DNA from: Paramecium tetraurelia
Taxonomy: Eukaryota
Length of the DNA stretch: 64,000 bases
NCBI GenBank assembly: GCA_000165425.1
Contig: CT868660.1
Location: 1 to 64,000, forward strand
Reading direction: 5' to 3'
Shown here: piece by piece, positions 25,319 through 39,163 of the stretch
Layout: every line of letters begins with the position of its first letter
Position numbering within the stretch: the stretch's first letter is position 1
The notes under the pieces: model-generated
The model's database searches: none
What the model was told of the DNA's origin: nothing
Seen by the model: only the letters and a program-made list of their open reading frames with translations
Translations under genes and position numbers: made by a program

Positions 25319-28048
25319 TCATTTAATATTCCTAATATAATTTAGAAATACCTTATCCCTTTTACTTACCTATCTAAACTTCTTCTCTTCAGTTACACTA
25401 CTTTAACTACTTAAAAAGGAATCCCTTAATGAATTGGAACTAGATAAGGAAAATACCATTCCCTTATTTGCTTGCAATTCCTCAGGAATAGAGACATTTA
25501 GATTAGCTTCTTATCCAACTGATTGTATTCTTTTTGATTTTTTAAATTTGATGGTTCTCTTTTTACTGGAAGTGCTTGAAAAGCTCACATTGCTCAAATT
25601 AACTAGACTATTTCTTAAGGAATTAACATCTGGTTCTTTATCTAATTCATCAACCATCAAGATTCTTTTGTTATCACTAGTTAATATTTTAGTATCTTCT
25701 TTGTTGGTCTTGAGAATTTTGAATTCCTCACTCTAAACTTAGTCCAACTGTTTAAGTCTTAATGAAGACTCCATGGACTTCTTCCTTGTCAACGATAAAT
25801 TATCAGTCTACTTGTTGTTTCCCATGTTGGCTTGTCCAAATGTGACAGATTTGGACATATTGGAGTATTTTTTAATGACATCCTATACTTTTGTATTAGG
25901 ACTAGCCAACTTATCATTCTGTTGTGATTCTTTCTTACTGTCACTTGAGAATTTCACTCTATCGATAGGTCTAACAAAATCTTGTAAACTAATGGACATC
26001 ATTTCTGTCTTTTTCTCGTTTTGGTTTTTTTCAGGAGTGGTGTCATTGTAATCAGAGGGATTGGTTTATTCTTATGAAACCTGTTATTCTGAGTGTTAGA
26101 CTTTAGTTGGCGAAGTAGGTTGCAAATAAACGCCTTCAACAAATTTGTAATCAGTTCCTTTGGCCTGTTCTTGATTGTATGGGACGATGATCGAAGGTGG
26201 GTTTGCAGGTACTTCAGCAAATTCATCTTGTTTAGCTTCAGGAGAATTCTTGATATTGAATTTTTCTGGTGATTTTTTAGTTTCATATTGATATTCATCT
26301 GATTAAGTATTCTATGCTTTTTCTTCATGTTTTTCAGGACTTTCAAATTCAGGTGGTTCATCCCCAGAGATGCTTGCTATATTTGATTGGTTATTTTTCA
26401 CTTTATTAAACAGACATTGAGCATTGGTATTATTTAATTGTTAGTCATTGGCATTGTGTATAACTGGTTCTGATGACACAGGGATGTTGGTAGCACTGCC
26501 TGGTTGAGATGCTCCTAGTTGAACGGAATTTTTTTGAAATGTGATATTGAATATGGGACTGGCTCTTCTCCATTAGTCATTTAGTAGTATATCTTCTTCG
26601 ATCTTTTTTAATTGCTAAAAGTATTTGGCAAGGGAGCCATCAATAAGTAATTTCTCATTCAATTCCTTTTAAAACCATGTGAGATGATTGGCTAGCAAAT
26701 AGATATAGCCAGGTATAGTGTTTTTGGATGTTATGTTTTCTGAAACCAGTGAGTAAATGTTGATATCTTCTATAAGTATGGTGCACCAATAGGGATGAAA
26801 ATCACTAATGGCTCTATTGAGAATGTATAGCAGTAGTTTCTCAAAGATTGAGTGAAAGATATCAGAATTTTTATATTTAAAGTAGATTTAGACAATTTGA
26901 TTGAATAACTTTAATTAATTCATTTGTTTCCACAGTTTAATATTTGAAATTCTTGTTAAATTATCAAAGATTTCTAGTAATTTAAGTCGTAGAGTTCTGA
27001 GTCGTTTATTATCATTTTCTAAGATTTGATTGAATGATTCTACAAGTAGGTTCATTTCTTGAATAAAGGTGTTCATAAAGTCTGTTTATTCGAATTCAAG
27101 AGTTAATTGATGATGATAAGCAATTTCAGGATTCTCGTCTATAATTTTTTTGGTGGGAGTTTCCTCATAGATGTTAATGTTCTGCATGGTGTAGGAGTAG
27201 TAATTAGAAATGAGGGATAGGATATGAGCTGAACTTTTAGCAAGGAATAGTTTGTCATGATTTGCTCGCAGACATTTAAACATTTGCAGAATGATTTATT
27301 TGCTGACAATGAATTGAACGAGTTTGTGACAGAAATCACTTGAAAAGTATCTGGTCATGATCTCATGGATCAAGTAGGTGAAGTTAAGGACACTCATCTC
27401 TTCCATTACATCAAAGCCACGAAAACCCAATTCAAGGACTTCCAATTTGGCATCCTCGTAATCACCATTCTCAGGGTTGAATAACTGAATGAGTATACTG
27501 TTGACTGTGGCTGATTCAAGGTGATTCAGAAACAATTTGAGTGAATCAGATTTAAATATGTTTTGGCATACCTATTTAGGTTCTTTGGATAGCATAAGAG
27601 CGAACAATCTTTAGATGTTTGACCATTGTGGTTCGTGGATTTGATCTGGAGTTTTCTTTAATCCTGCAAAGAGAGTTTGAATGGCAGTCTAAGAAGTATA
27701 AGAATTAATACTATACTTCCTAGAGAATCATTTAAGTTAAGGGTGGAAGATCAAGTTCAAAAAACTCAATTGATAGAATTGGGAATATGACAACGTGGTC
27801 ATGATTTGTTTCTGTAACTTGGTCAATTTATTGCACTATTAAATGCTAGGAGCTATTCTGCTAATGCTTTTCTGATGCAATCTAATGAAGTCTATCACTT
27901 TTGTATTCAGGTTTTTTGCTTGTATAAAGAATTCATCCTCAGCCAAAAGTGGTATGATATTTGTTGGATTCGCATGGTATTCATCCATCATGGTTTCCAT
28001 GGGATGCTTAATAGATGGATTTGTCATTCCATTCAACCACAATAACAT
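25319..28048 (-). CDS. SIT4-associated protein / PP6 regulatory subunit (SAPS domain)
   Basis: LLAEDEFFIQAKNLNTKVIDFI, FLNHLESATVNSILIQLF, RLKLLEIF...YFKYKNSDIFH and GYIYLLANHL resemble SAPS blocks. Long Ser/Lys-rich tail; apparent frameshift near 27850-27870. Confidence 0.72.
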
Positions 28049-28067
28049 TTGATAAAATAAATATTAA

Positions 28068-29069
28068 TCATAATTATTCCACTTTGCAAGTGTCAACTAT
28101 CCTGAATCTAAATAAGAAGATCAAAAACTCTCTCCCAATTTATCCAAATCTATTATGAACACCGAAAAATATTGCAGCCATGCCAATTTCATTATTGCTA
28201 GTAAACTCACCCATCTCTAAATCAATTGCATTTTAATGTTGTCCAATTTTATACTAACTCTCAATTGCTTCTCAGAATTCCCTCCAATCTTTCTACTGAT
28301 AAACCGAGGTCGAATTGAGTATGTTCTAGTATAAATCTATGAAAGCATTTCACTCATCCATTGATTACTAAGATTGTCATCAACTATGATTTCTGAATAA
28401 TATTCAATATCAAAATTGCTATTATAGTAATTTCAATTGAATACCTTGATGGCAACGGTTCTTATTGATAAATATTGAACTTCACCCGCTATTTACAATT
28501 ATGATAATCCTTATCAATTTAGGTCGTCCCCATTGTCTACGAGTACAAATAGCAATCAAATTTGAACATGTAAACTTGCAAAGTAACATCTGAGAGGCAA
28601 TAAGATTGTAACCTATTTGATTTTATCTGCATCTGTGAATAATTAGAAATCAAAATTAAGCTATTCAGGAACATTGTCCGCATTTGTGTCATCCATCAAA
28701 GCCTATTCAATTATTATTCATAATTTACTGATATTTTTGATCCTTGCAAAGTCAAGTATTAATATGATAACAATTATTCTGAACTGTCGATCTTCTGATA
28801 TTTTTGATTTGTGAAATGGTACACTAAATCATCTGATGTGATGACGTTTACAAAATGAAATCCCTCATATTCAATGTCTAATTATTCCTCGAATGTGGAT
28901 ACCATGATCCAGAAGTCTTATTAGTCAGTTGAATACTTTCAGAAGCAAAAACTAGTACAAATGGGATCACAATGATACCAAAGTATACTAAAATGCAAGT
29001 GCATGTGGGAATCGATATCAATTTGCTGGTGTATGTAATTTCAAATTTTTCTCTTGATAAAGTAAACAT
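28068..29069 (-). CDS. TMEM231: TMEM231-like ciliary transition-zone protein (several apparent frameshifts)
   Basis: N-terminal TM then FWIMVSTFEEQ, DDTNADNVPEQLNF, and C-terminal MKLAWLQYFSVF..W..WERV, all matching TMEM231 motifs. Single-base shifts are needed between ~28100 and 28600. Confidence 0.75.
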
Positions 29070-29076
29070 ATATTAA

Positions 29077-32000
29077 TCATTATTATTCATATATAAACTA
29101 ATCCAATTAGATGAAATCGTTCTCTATCAAGTCTTCAATGTCTTCATTGACAGTGTAAATCCTAATGCTATTCAACTGCACCAAATAGTTACACAATTAC
29201 AAAGAGATGTCCTCCAATTATTGTTGTCCATCCACTTTGATTTACTTAATTATTATTTCTCTCTTCTAAGGATCAGTCACATTGGTCTACTCCACCTTAC
29301 TGTAATCAACTGAATATTGCTAAAATAAGAAGTTCGAACAATAAGGTTAATACAAAAACGGAGTGATTGGCACTCCTATCCCCTGATTCTCCTGGATCTT
29401 AATTCCAAAGTAATCGTAAATGAAAATCCATTAATGCAGGAAGAACTCATCCTATTGCATGAAAGAGATCATTTCCACCAATTTAAGGGCTGCCAATACC
29501 AAATTTTGGTTTGATTGCTTATTTTTGAAAATACTAATCAATAAGGTTAGAAGTGTTGGCCACATATTCCTAAATAGTTCATTCAACTAAATTGGTGACA
29601 ATCTCAAAATCAGAATTCTAACACAAAATAGAATGAGCATAACGAGTCCAGGATTGGCTGAATCCGATTTTATGACTTCAGAAATCTTTTCAATCAACAA
29701 ATCTAATTTCTTAGTGTATCGATCTCTCTCTCCACTGAAGATCAGAAAACAGATCCTTTCGAAAGTCTTAATCCTCCTTTTGTTCTCCTCACTTTCTCTG
29801 CTGAAGAAAAACGAAGATTGTTGAGCCACCTACTCCAAATACTAAGTGAATAAGTCACTTCTGCCATACTACACAACCCAATTGATAATCTTGGTCCAAT
29901 ACTTTAATGTATGTTTGGATTAAATGAAGAAGTCCTCCTTGTTGAAAATGCTTAGTATCGATTCCTTGTACACCTTCAATAGCACTTGTCTTGCTTTATC
30001 TAACTAGAAATACAGCATTTCTGAAATGATCTAAACATAAATCTAATTGTATTGACTTCTGTTCTCTAAAAGAGGATACAAGATGTCCATCATTTCTTTG
30101 CATCTCAAAACAACTCGTTCCGTCTTTTCTACAGCATAAGAGTTCTAAAGCAATTCCAAAGCCACGTTTTTAAGTGTCTTTATGCACATCAACCTGTATT
30201 TTGTCTAAATGAAATCCTCAACTACGCTGTTAAGTTGACTAAATATCAGCTTATCGATGTCAGTCACTTCATATTGCAGTTCTTTGTTCAGAGACTTTAT
30301 GACATTCAAGTATATGTCATACAGAGTTGGAGTCAAAGGAATCACTACTTTAAATTTGATAGAGTATTATTGATACAAATCATCTCCTTCAGGTTTCACT
30401 CCTGGATCATTCCAAAAGATATTTAATTTTCCTCCAAATTAAGCGACATATTTCAATTTATCATTTATGAATTCGTGATGTTGATTTCTAAATCTTTGAT
30501 CTCCAATAATTTCCTTTGGCGAATATTTGCGAGTCAATAACAATTGCAATTCCAATAGCCACATATTTGTACTTGGAGATTTTGATAAAGCCAATATCTA
30601 GAGAATTTTCATTATCTGCATCCAAAAAGGAAGCAGATTTTCCTTCTTTAATTACTGCGAGTCTATTTAAGCAAAAGTGAAATAACAATATAAAAAGTAT
30701 AGGATGTTTGTTTCTTATTATGCAATCTAAAAATTCAACATAGTTGTTGTTAATTTCTTCCTTCTATAGATATCATAATATTTTTGCAACTCTTACAATT
30801 GTTAAGATTCCAATAAGCTATCTAAAAGTAGTTCAATTGGACATTGCATCATTATCATTATTTCAATAGTCTTCAATAGGAATGTGTTCTAATGCAGAGA
30901 AAATGGATCTATCAAGATTTGTTCATTTTCAAAGAATAATCTCTGTAATAGATTGATTTAATTACTCCAAACGGATAGCAATGCTGTCATGAAATATTTG
31001 GAATAACTCATGAATAAGGGTTTCATCATTTATAAGATCTATGGTTTGACAATGTTAGTATCCTTTGTGTGTTATTCTTATAGAATTTTATTGAATGAGT
31101 TGAACTTTTCAAATGAATAAGATTCTATTCCCATAGCAGTCAGAGTGTCAGAATACTTTATGAAATCTTATCCTAATGACCAGCAATTGATATACAATTC
31201 CAAAATGGAGGGTAATGTTGACATAATCACTTCACAAGTGTTTTGGAACTTCTAGAATACCAACTTGGTTGTTTTATTTTGATCTTAAACATTAAGTAGT
31301 CCAAAGGTAATCACAGATTTTACTGTATTGAATACAGTGCTATCATCTTTCAGCTTCTCATAAATCATGTCATCTCTTTCTTGCAATCCAAGAATGTGTT
31401 TTAAAATGGTCTTGACTCCAATTAAGGATGGATTATATTTCATGTTGAGATGATCCTTAAGGAAAATCAAATTAATTCATTTTCTGATCTGATTTCTATT
31501 ATTCATACTATCTATTTGCAATATCTTTAATCATTTTAAAATAAGCAGTCAAGATTTATTAGACACAATCAGTCAGTGTTTATTATCTCAAATGTTCAGC
31601 CAACAAGGGGATACAAGTACTAATGAAATGAATGTATTAGGCTCTGACATAAAGTACATGAGTGTGCATACCTCTCAGAAGAGTAGGAATGAAAATGCTA
31701 TTACTGACAGATCTACTCATTGTGTCTTCGATTAATTCCCTTTGTTCTGGTTGGAATTTAGTTCTAAAGGAGGAATTGAAGAAAATGACTTTGAACAAAT
31801 TCAGAATTTGCACTTGCATCACCAGATCTTCATTTTCGATTGCATGATACAATACAATCTACAGTGGTTGCATGATGTACTCAGCGAATTTCAAGGAGAC
31901 AATAGGATTTTCAACATTGACAATCAATAATTCGATGTATTCACATGCAGATGCATTTACAGCAGCATTTTCCTTGTAGAATTTTAGAGACATACTCTCA

Positions 32001-34780
32001 ATGGCTTATCCTTACACATATTTCAGACAAATGATAACCAATAAATCTAAGTACATCATGGTGTCCTTTTACATGATCACACTACTTTCATTAGTGAAAT
32101 GCATACGGATATCCTTGATGTATGTTGAGATCTCTGTCTCTTAGACATATTCCATGAATCTAGCACTGAATGAGATGAGAATTGATTTTAGTTTTTTGAT
32201 GGTTTCATTGATTCTTTTGGTTTCATAAACTTTGGCAAAGAATATCTATTGGTTGTCAGTCAAATACCAAGATGAACTACTTTAAATTAGAACTTCGAAT
32301 AGAGGATCCAAGATTCTTTCTAACATTCCTGTTGATTCTAATAACCAATTTTTGGCATTATGTCTGATGATCGGATTTTCATGATCCAAAAAGTCAAGCA
32401 TTAAGAAGAGTCCCACTTTATTTAAATCCTATAATTCTTTATAATGAGTGGCACTCAATTTCCAAAATAGAGCAAATCTCCTGATGGCTGCCTCTTGCAT
32501 ATTTTTGAATTGATGAATTACAACTTCAGTGAAAAATGTTGGGAATACTTTAGATAGATTGACAATCATTTCTATGATTCTTTCATGGAAAAAAGGATAA
32601 TCAAGGAGATTCCATAGCTTCTCTAAAGTCAACTTTGTATAGTCTTATCCTTCTATTATCTAATTCTTCTACATTTTAGTCCTGCTTTCTTCTATGATTA
32701 ACTTTTTCAGATTCTCATAAATGATATCCACCTTCTCTGATATGAGAATCTCAATCATGCTCTGAATAGCCAATAGAGAGATTGAGGGATTCTCCTCTTT
32801 GATGATTTTAGTTATGGATGTAAACCATTAGGGAAGTTATGGGACTTCCTTATTCTATTTAAATCTTTGTCCCTTGATTAAGGATTTACTGATGGATTCA
32901 AATTCAACTCTTAATTACTCATCTCCTTCAAGAATCACATCAGCCAATTTTTAATATAACATCCCAAATTCTTCTATGCTTTCATCATAATCAGCCATCT
33001 AGGGAGGTCTCACCAATTGATTATCTATTTATTAGGGCAATTGTTCCATTCTGACCAATAGTTTGTTTAAGGTGGAACCAGGTGATTGTTTCCTTAACTC
33101 TTCTGGAGAAAAGTTGGATAGACAAGTCATTAAATTAGCTGCAGCAATCCTTAATAATGTGAATTCAACTGATTTTTCGAAATTATCTTCTTTAGTGATT
33201 AGAGTAGTAAATAAGAAATTGATATATTTGTTAAACTATTCGCTAACCTCATGAACAACAATCAACAAAAATGATGTAATTGATTCCAACAATCTTTTGC
33301 AAGACTTAATAATCTCTGGGTATTTTTTATGATTAATCTCAACATACTTAATCAAATTAAATGAGACATCTCCAATCAGCAACTCAACCATATGATCATG
33401 TTCCATGAAGAAATTCTATAACAACTTTATAGGAAAAACTGCATTCTAATCATTAGCCTCTTACTGTAAAAACTTATTAAATGAATTCACAACATATTGA
33501 AGGATATCCTTATTTTGTTCCGTTATTTAGTACTTATTATCCATGTCTGGCTTACCGAATAACCATTGATTGACTCTTCTGGTCACAGACAAATCTTTTC
33601 TTATTAGCAATTTCAATGAGGCTTCAACCAAAATCTCTTTATTATCTTAAATGATATTGGATTTCAAATGCGTGTACATCATGTCAAGTGCTTATCTCTT
33701 AATCAATTAACTATGTAGAATGGGATGTCATACTTTTCATCTTCCAAACAAGATATGAGAGCAGAGACATAAAGTGGAGGGAAATTGTTCTCATGAGATT
33801 CCTCATCGATGCCATCCTCAATCTTCATCAGAGCCTACTTTCGCTTCAATTCCATGCTCTATTCTACTACAATAGTTCTCTTCCTAATCTCATTCTAAGC
33901 TTTATTATCCATAGCCTACTCAATAGAATCGTCCTTAATATCATCTATATCCTGATTATTTTGAGTCACTTTCTATTGCTATTACTATTATTCTAATGCC
34001 ATCGATTACGATTTCTATTACTCCTCCTCATCATATTCGTCACTCATGTAATCTGATTGTTCATCCTCCTATTCCTGTTACATTTTTGGTATCTTCTGAG
34101 ACAAATACTTCAAAGATGAACTATAATGATTCCAACATGTGTTACCTTCTGCATTTAGGACTCCTTAACATTGACATCCACACTGATCCAATAAGGAACT
34201 TTCTGCCAGCTGAATGACTCAATTCATCCAGGACTGTCATGCATTTCTTCTGATTTGCTTCCTATTGATCATCCAAACCTGGCAATATGCTGGCCACCAG
34301 TCCTGGCAACATTGGGATCAACTCTCTCCCCAAAGGAACGTAATGTTAGATGATTAGATCCAAGAATTAAGGTCTCACTTTCGAAGACGCATTCGAAAAA
34401 AAGGGAAGCAATCCTATTGAATATAGAGCAAGATCTTCCAAATACAATTTCACTACTCCTGATGGATCTCCTTCAACACTGAAGTTTGCCATATTTTTGA
34501 ATAATTGATCATAGATCTTTAACACTGACATGTGAATTGGTGCCGATAGCTAACTAATCTACTAAATTCATACATGTGGATTAAGACATTAAGCCAATCT
34601 CTTGCTTAATTGAATCTTTTCGATTATGTATGGAGACGGGTGTTGTTTCAATAATCCTTCAATTTTCATCAACAACGGAGCGATATCAGCCCATTCCTGG
34701 TTCTTCTCGAACTTATTTAGATAATATTGCAGATTAGTATTCAAAGATGATGTGTGCTAAACCAATTTTGATTTATCCAT
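29077..34780 (-). CDS. DOP1: DOPEY/DOP1 endosome-Golgi trafficking protein
   Basis: Dopey N-terminal domain: FEKNQEWADIAPLL...LSKRLAQCLNP..SAPIHMSVLKIYDQLF...GLLPFFSNASSKVRP...PGLVASILPGLDD; DLSVTRRVNQWLFG. C-terminal LFCVRILILRLSP...MWPTLL. About 5.7 kb with tiny introns. Confidence 0.92.
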
Positions 34781-35856
34781 TAACTATTTAAATATATTAT
34801 ATAAGTATAAATATTAGACATATAGATTTCTTATTATGAAATCTATTTACAAATTCATATCATTTAAATTCTAAGATACTCTCATTCTGTTTATATCACA
34901 TTCTCTACTAGTTGATTTTTCAGGGGTGGCGAGAAATCTTCATTTTACATATATGAGTCTTGTTTACTATACATTGGGAATCTCATTTTATATTGATTTG
35001 TCCTATTAATCCAAAATAGGTTTAAACAAATAGCTAAGCACCGTCAAGCATCCTGCAATTAGTTAATATATCAAGAATAGCGAAATCTAACCTCCTTTAG
35101 ATTTCTTAAAGTGATGATTTTTAAACACTATATGAGTGAGTTAGATATCAAAAAATCATAAAAGATTTATGAAGTATATTGGATATATAATGGCAAAATG
35201 TGATAGCATGTAGTTCTTCCTTAATAATCCATTTCAATATTCAGTAACTTTGCTACATAATTATTGGTAAACCATAAATGTATCAGTAAAAAAAAAGATG
35301 AGTGTATATTAATATTTGAGTAATATGATATAGTTAACAAATATAATTATGATGTTATTTAAAGAATGTATTTAAATTTGATCTAATTTTTATTAGCAAT
35401 CAGAAAAATCTGTTGAAATTTGATTTATATAAAAAAGGACAATAAATCTAAAAGGATATCACTCTTAAATAATAATTAATAAGCTACTAAGGAATGCAAA
35501 CAAAAAAAGTTAGCATAACTTTATATTAAAAGGAAAAAGTAATAAAGTATAAGTCAAAAATAAATAGCTAGGTATAAAACCTTAAAAAATGATAATATAT
35601 CAAAAATTTAATAGGAAAATCTTTTAAAATACAAAGAGAAATTATAGATAAGTTTCTCAGGCTTTTTAAATAATGGTTAGATGACTTACATAAATAATGA
35701 TCAATTGGATTTTTCATTATAATAAGATTATTGATTTAATTATTCAATTGAATGTATAAATGAATTTTGTATGGTATTTTCAATTTATGATCAATCCAAT
35801 TAATAAAATAGTTAAATAATTGATGTTTTTATGCTTCATAGTAAAAATAGATTTAA

Positions 35857-36299
35857 TCAAAATAATTTTTGGGCTTAGATTTCCAATAAAGGCTTCAAAT
35901 CTGGTTATGGTTTCCTGAGTAATTGACTGAAGGAGGAATTGTGTAGGGATTTCACAAATATCTATGAGACTTTACTTTTATTTGGGACTCCTCTAATCTA
36001 TAATGTAAGATCAATGTCGTTACTGATTAACTTTAAAGACAGGTCTGTAATTCGTCTTACCAATCCTTTCTTGATTGTCTAAATTATTAGCTGGTTTTGC
36101 TCAAATAGAGTGCATTGGTGCTATTTAATTCTGGAAAGAGAGTCTTGTGTTTATAGGGTCGATAGAATCTTCTTTGACTAGTCCTTGAGCCAAGCTTGCT
36201 AGTCTAAGGAATTTCGAATTTGTCTTGCTTTGGTGGTAGGTGATATGGATTTTTTAGGTATTCAAGAACATTGAACTTTCTCTTATTTTATGAATTCAT
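35857..36299 (-). CDS. Hypothetical basic protein
   Basis: MNSQNKRKFNVLEYLKNPYHLPPKQDKFEIP... with one 26-nt GT..AG intron giving an open frame to TGA. Confidence 0.45.
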
Positions 36300-36319
36300 T
36301 TAATAAATATTATGAAACT

Positions 36320-38509
36320 TCAATTCTTAAAATATTATTATCTATCCAAAAACTCTTGCTTAACATCCTCAACATCCTATTAATAATGGAATACTAGATA
36401 TTAAATGAATAGCATTACTATGTGATTGAATAACACCTTCATGTGATTCTGGGAAGACTACTAGTTCTACTTATCCATTATTTAATTTAACATCTGGTTA
36501 TAGCTCAATCTTTCTTGGTTATTTGTGAGCCCTAACAACAATATATGAAAATTGATTACAAAACGATTTCTCTGAGTTAAAGGAACTTTTGATCGACTTG
36601 AGTGAATTTATTGAAGAATTTCATGCCATTCTCTCCATCAGCTACTGACTTATAGACTTATAAGCCTTTTAAGAGGTCAGCAATAGCTTCTTTGCCAACA
36701 GTCCAGATTTTACTGTAATCCACTTAAACAGTAAAGTAAGGTTTATTGTTAAATTCTGAATGGACAAATTGAACGAAAGATGGGTCCTTCTATATGATTG
36801 ATTACAGAATCACATAGGAAGCCAAGATGTGTGGTTATCCCCATTTTGATTATTCAGCTGAATAATATTGAAGTCCTTTCAATGCTCCCATGATGATGTC
36901 TAACCAAGCAGCCTTGACAATTTCATCTCTTTCTTCTTTTGTTTTTCCAGGCACTAGAATTTACACTACATCATCATAGGTACTAAGATACAAGGCTACA
37001 CTATCAGCTCTGCATTCTTCATAGGCACCTGACAATTCTCCAAATTTAGCATGCCAATGTTCATTTGGTTTGTAAAATGTTGTCACTTTTTCATTGGTGA
37101 ATGGATTGGTAACATTCTCAAAATTCAATTTTCCATCTTTGTCTTCCATAAAGATCTTGCCACTTCCATGTCCAATCAACTCATGTAATGCAACGACGAC
37201 AAACAAGGATTCTTTGTAATAGTTAATGAACAAGTCGATGTCTGTTCCCTATAAGAATCTAACTGAATCTCTATTTGGTTTTCCATAGACATTTCCTAAG
37301 TTAACATTCTTGAATCCTAAATTCTATCTAATGTCATCATAATTAGGTATGTTGATTCCAACTGGTGTGCCAGAACAAGCAAATGCCAATATTTCTAATG
37401 AAGTAAAGTCAGGTCTGCTGAACTTTTCAATTTCAAACTCCTTTGGCCAAGGCAAATCCTTGATTATATCTTCTGCCTTTTCAACTAAATTTCCAAGCAA
37501 CTTGGATTCCTCCTAATTCACAATGGATACAAATCCTTCATATTCTGCTCTCACCTTCATTGGGTCTAAGTAGGTTTCAATAAAACCAATATTTGTCTCA
37601 ATAATTGGTCCCTTGTCTTGAATCCAATGTTTCTAACTCTCCTTATGTTACTCAATGTCTCCACTCTAGAAATGTTTAATGTATTCCTCCAACATCTTAA
37701 CTTAAGTCTCATTGGCAGCATACTTCTGTGCCTCTCTTAAATTAGTGGCCACTCCATTCAAGAAAGATTTAAAGTCACCATAGATAGCGAATACTTTCTT
37801 TCCTTTCACTTCACCCAATTCAACGACATCTGATCTCTCTGATGAAGCTACCAATAATTCCACTCTGTCCTCCTTCAAAATCACTCTAGTATTCAATTCA
37901 CTTAAGTTTTGTTTATGCAAGAATTAATCCAATTCCTCTATAAATTCCTTACTCAAGTTTGGAGAGTAATAAGAATTAGATCCTCCCTTCTCAAGTAAAT
38001 CCAATAATCCATATGGTTTCTCATATGAATAAATATATTTTTCTATTAAATTCCATATTTTTGTAAACTCATCCTATTGTTCTTAATATGCCTTTGATAA
38101 TTGTAAGAATTATTGGAATTTTTCTACAGGTAATTCAGGAACGAACTTTGAGTCTCCAAAGCTTAGGTAATTTCCACAATTTTAGAAAAATGCAGAGATA
38201 TAGGTATATAATTATTGAACCTAGTTTTCAGTGAATTCATTGGCCAACAACTTATCCCTAACTTCTGTTGTCTTTATAATATAAATTTATTCATACTGAT
38301 TCCTTCTAAAATATCTTTTACAACAAATAAAATAATCCTGGCGCCTCATATGATCTTTAAAAGTAACAAATCTTTGCACCTGCCCAACAAGCTCTTGTGA
38401 AATAGTAGGCATAATGCTTGCTTTTCTCATCTAGTAAATTGAACGCTGGACATTCAATTGCAGATACCTTAGCCTCTAAAGATATTATTGGTGCTTTTTA
38501 TTAATCCAT
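36320..38509 (-). CDS. DPP3: Dipeptidyl peptidase III (peptidase M49)
   Basis: [61 protein letters not shown], zinc motif [16 protein letters not shown] and WGQPH. Confidence 0.96.
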
Positions 38510-39163
38510 AATTATTTTAATTATTATTCAATATACCAGTTTATCTATATCATTGCTTAATTAATTAACTTTCAATATAACTAAATTACTTACTCACAGG
38601 AGTTAAACACTTCTTCAAGTTATTTTATTATAGGTCAAACTTAAATTGAAGTGATATTTGTAAAAAGAAAGAATTTAAATTCTATCATTTGAAACTGAGA
38701 TACTAATTCATAAATGCTCTTGATTAATTTTTATTTTATTACTACTTATTTAAGTATTTCTCAAAGTTTCAAATGTAAAATTACATCTTTTATTGATATA
38801 ATGATGATATTATTATACACAATTTATGGTCTAGTTAGAAGGATGAACCTCTTATAAGGTATATTTTAATTTATAAACGGGATTTAATTTTTAATCATCT
38901 AATTATCCAAAATTTATGTAATTTATAATTTTTTATTGAGTAATATTTAACCTACTAAGAATAAAAGTAATTCATACATAAATATTGATATCACTCACAT
39001 TTAACATAAGGAGTGCATGTAATCAAGTACTTTGTAGTATATATATTGAAAATTACATAAGATACATATCACTTGACATAAATTTTAATGATTTCAATAA
39101 TGATGAACCAAAATATTAAAACAATCTGTTAATTGTAATATTAATTTTATTAAATTTTAAATC

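Noticed and set aside
25434..26051. Hydrophobic Leu/Phe-rich + strand ORFs (also 57194-57478 and 58357-58581)
   Set aside because: Antisense to Lys/Gln/Asn-rich coding sequence on the minus strand, which produces false membrane-like ORFs.
34800..35850. About 1 kb of very AT-rich sequence as a retained IES or transposon relic
   Set aside because: I could not identify convincing TA-bounded inverted ends or a transposase fragment.
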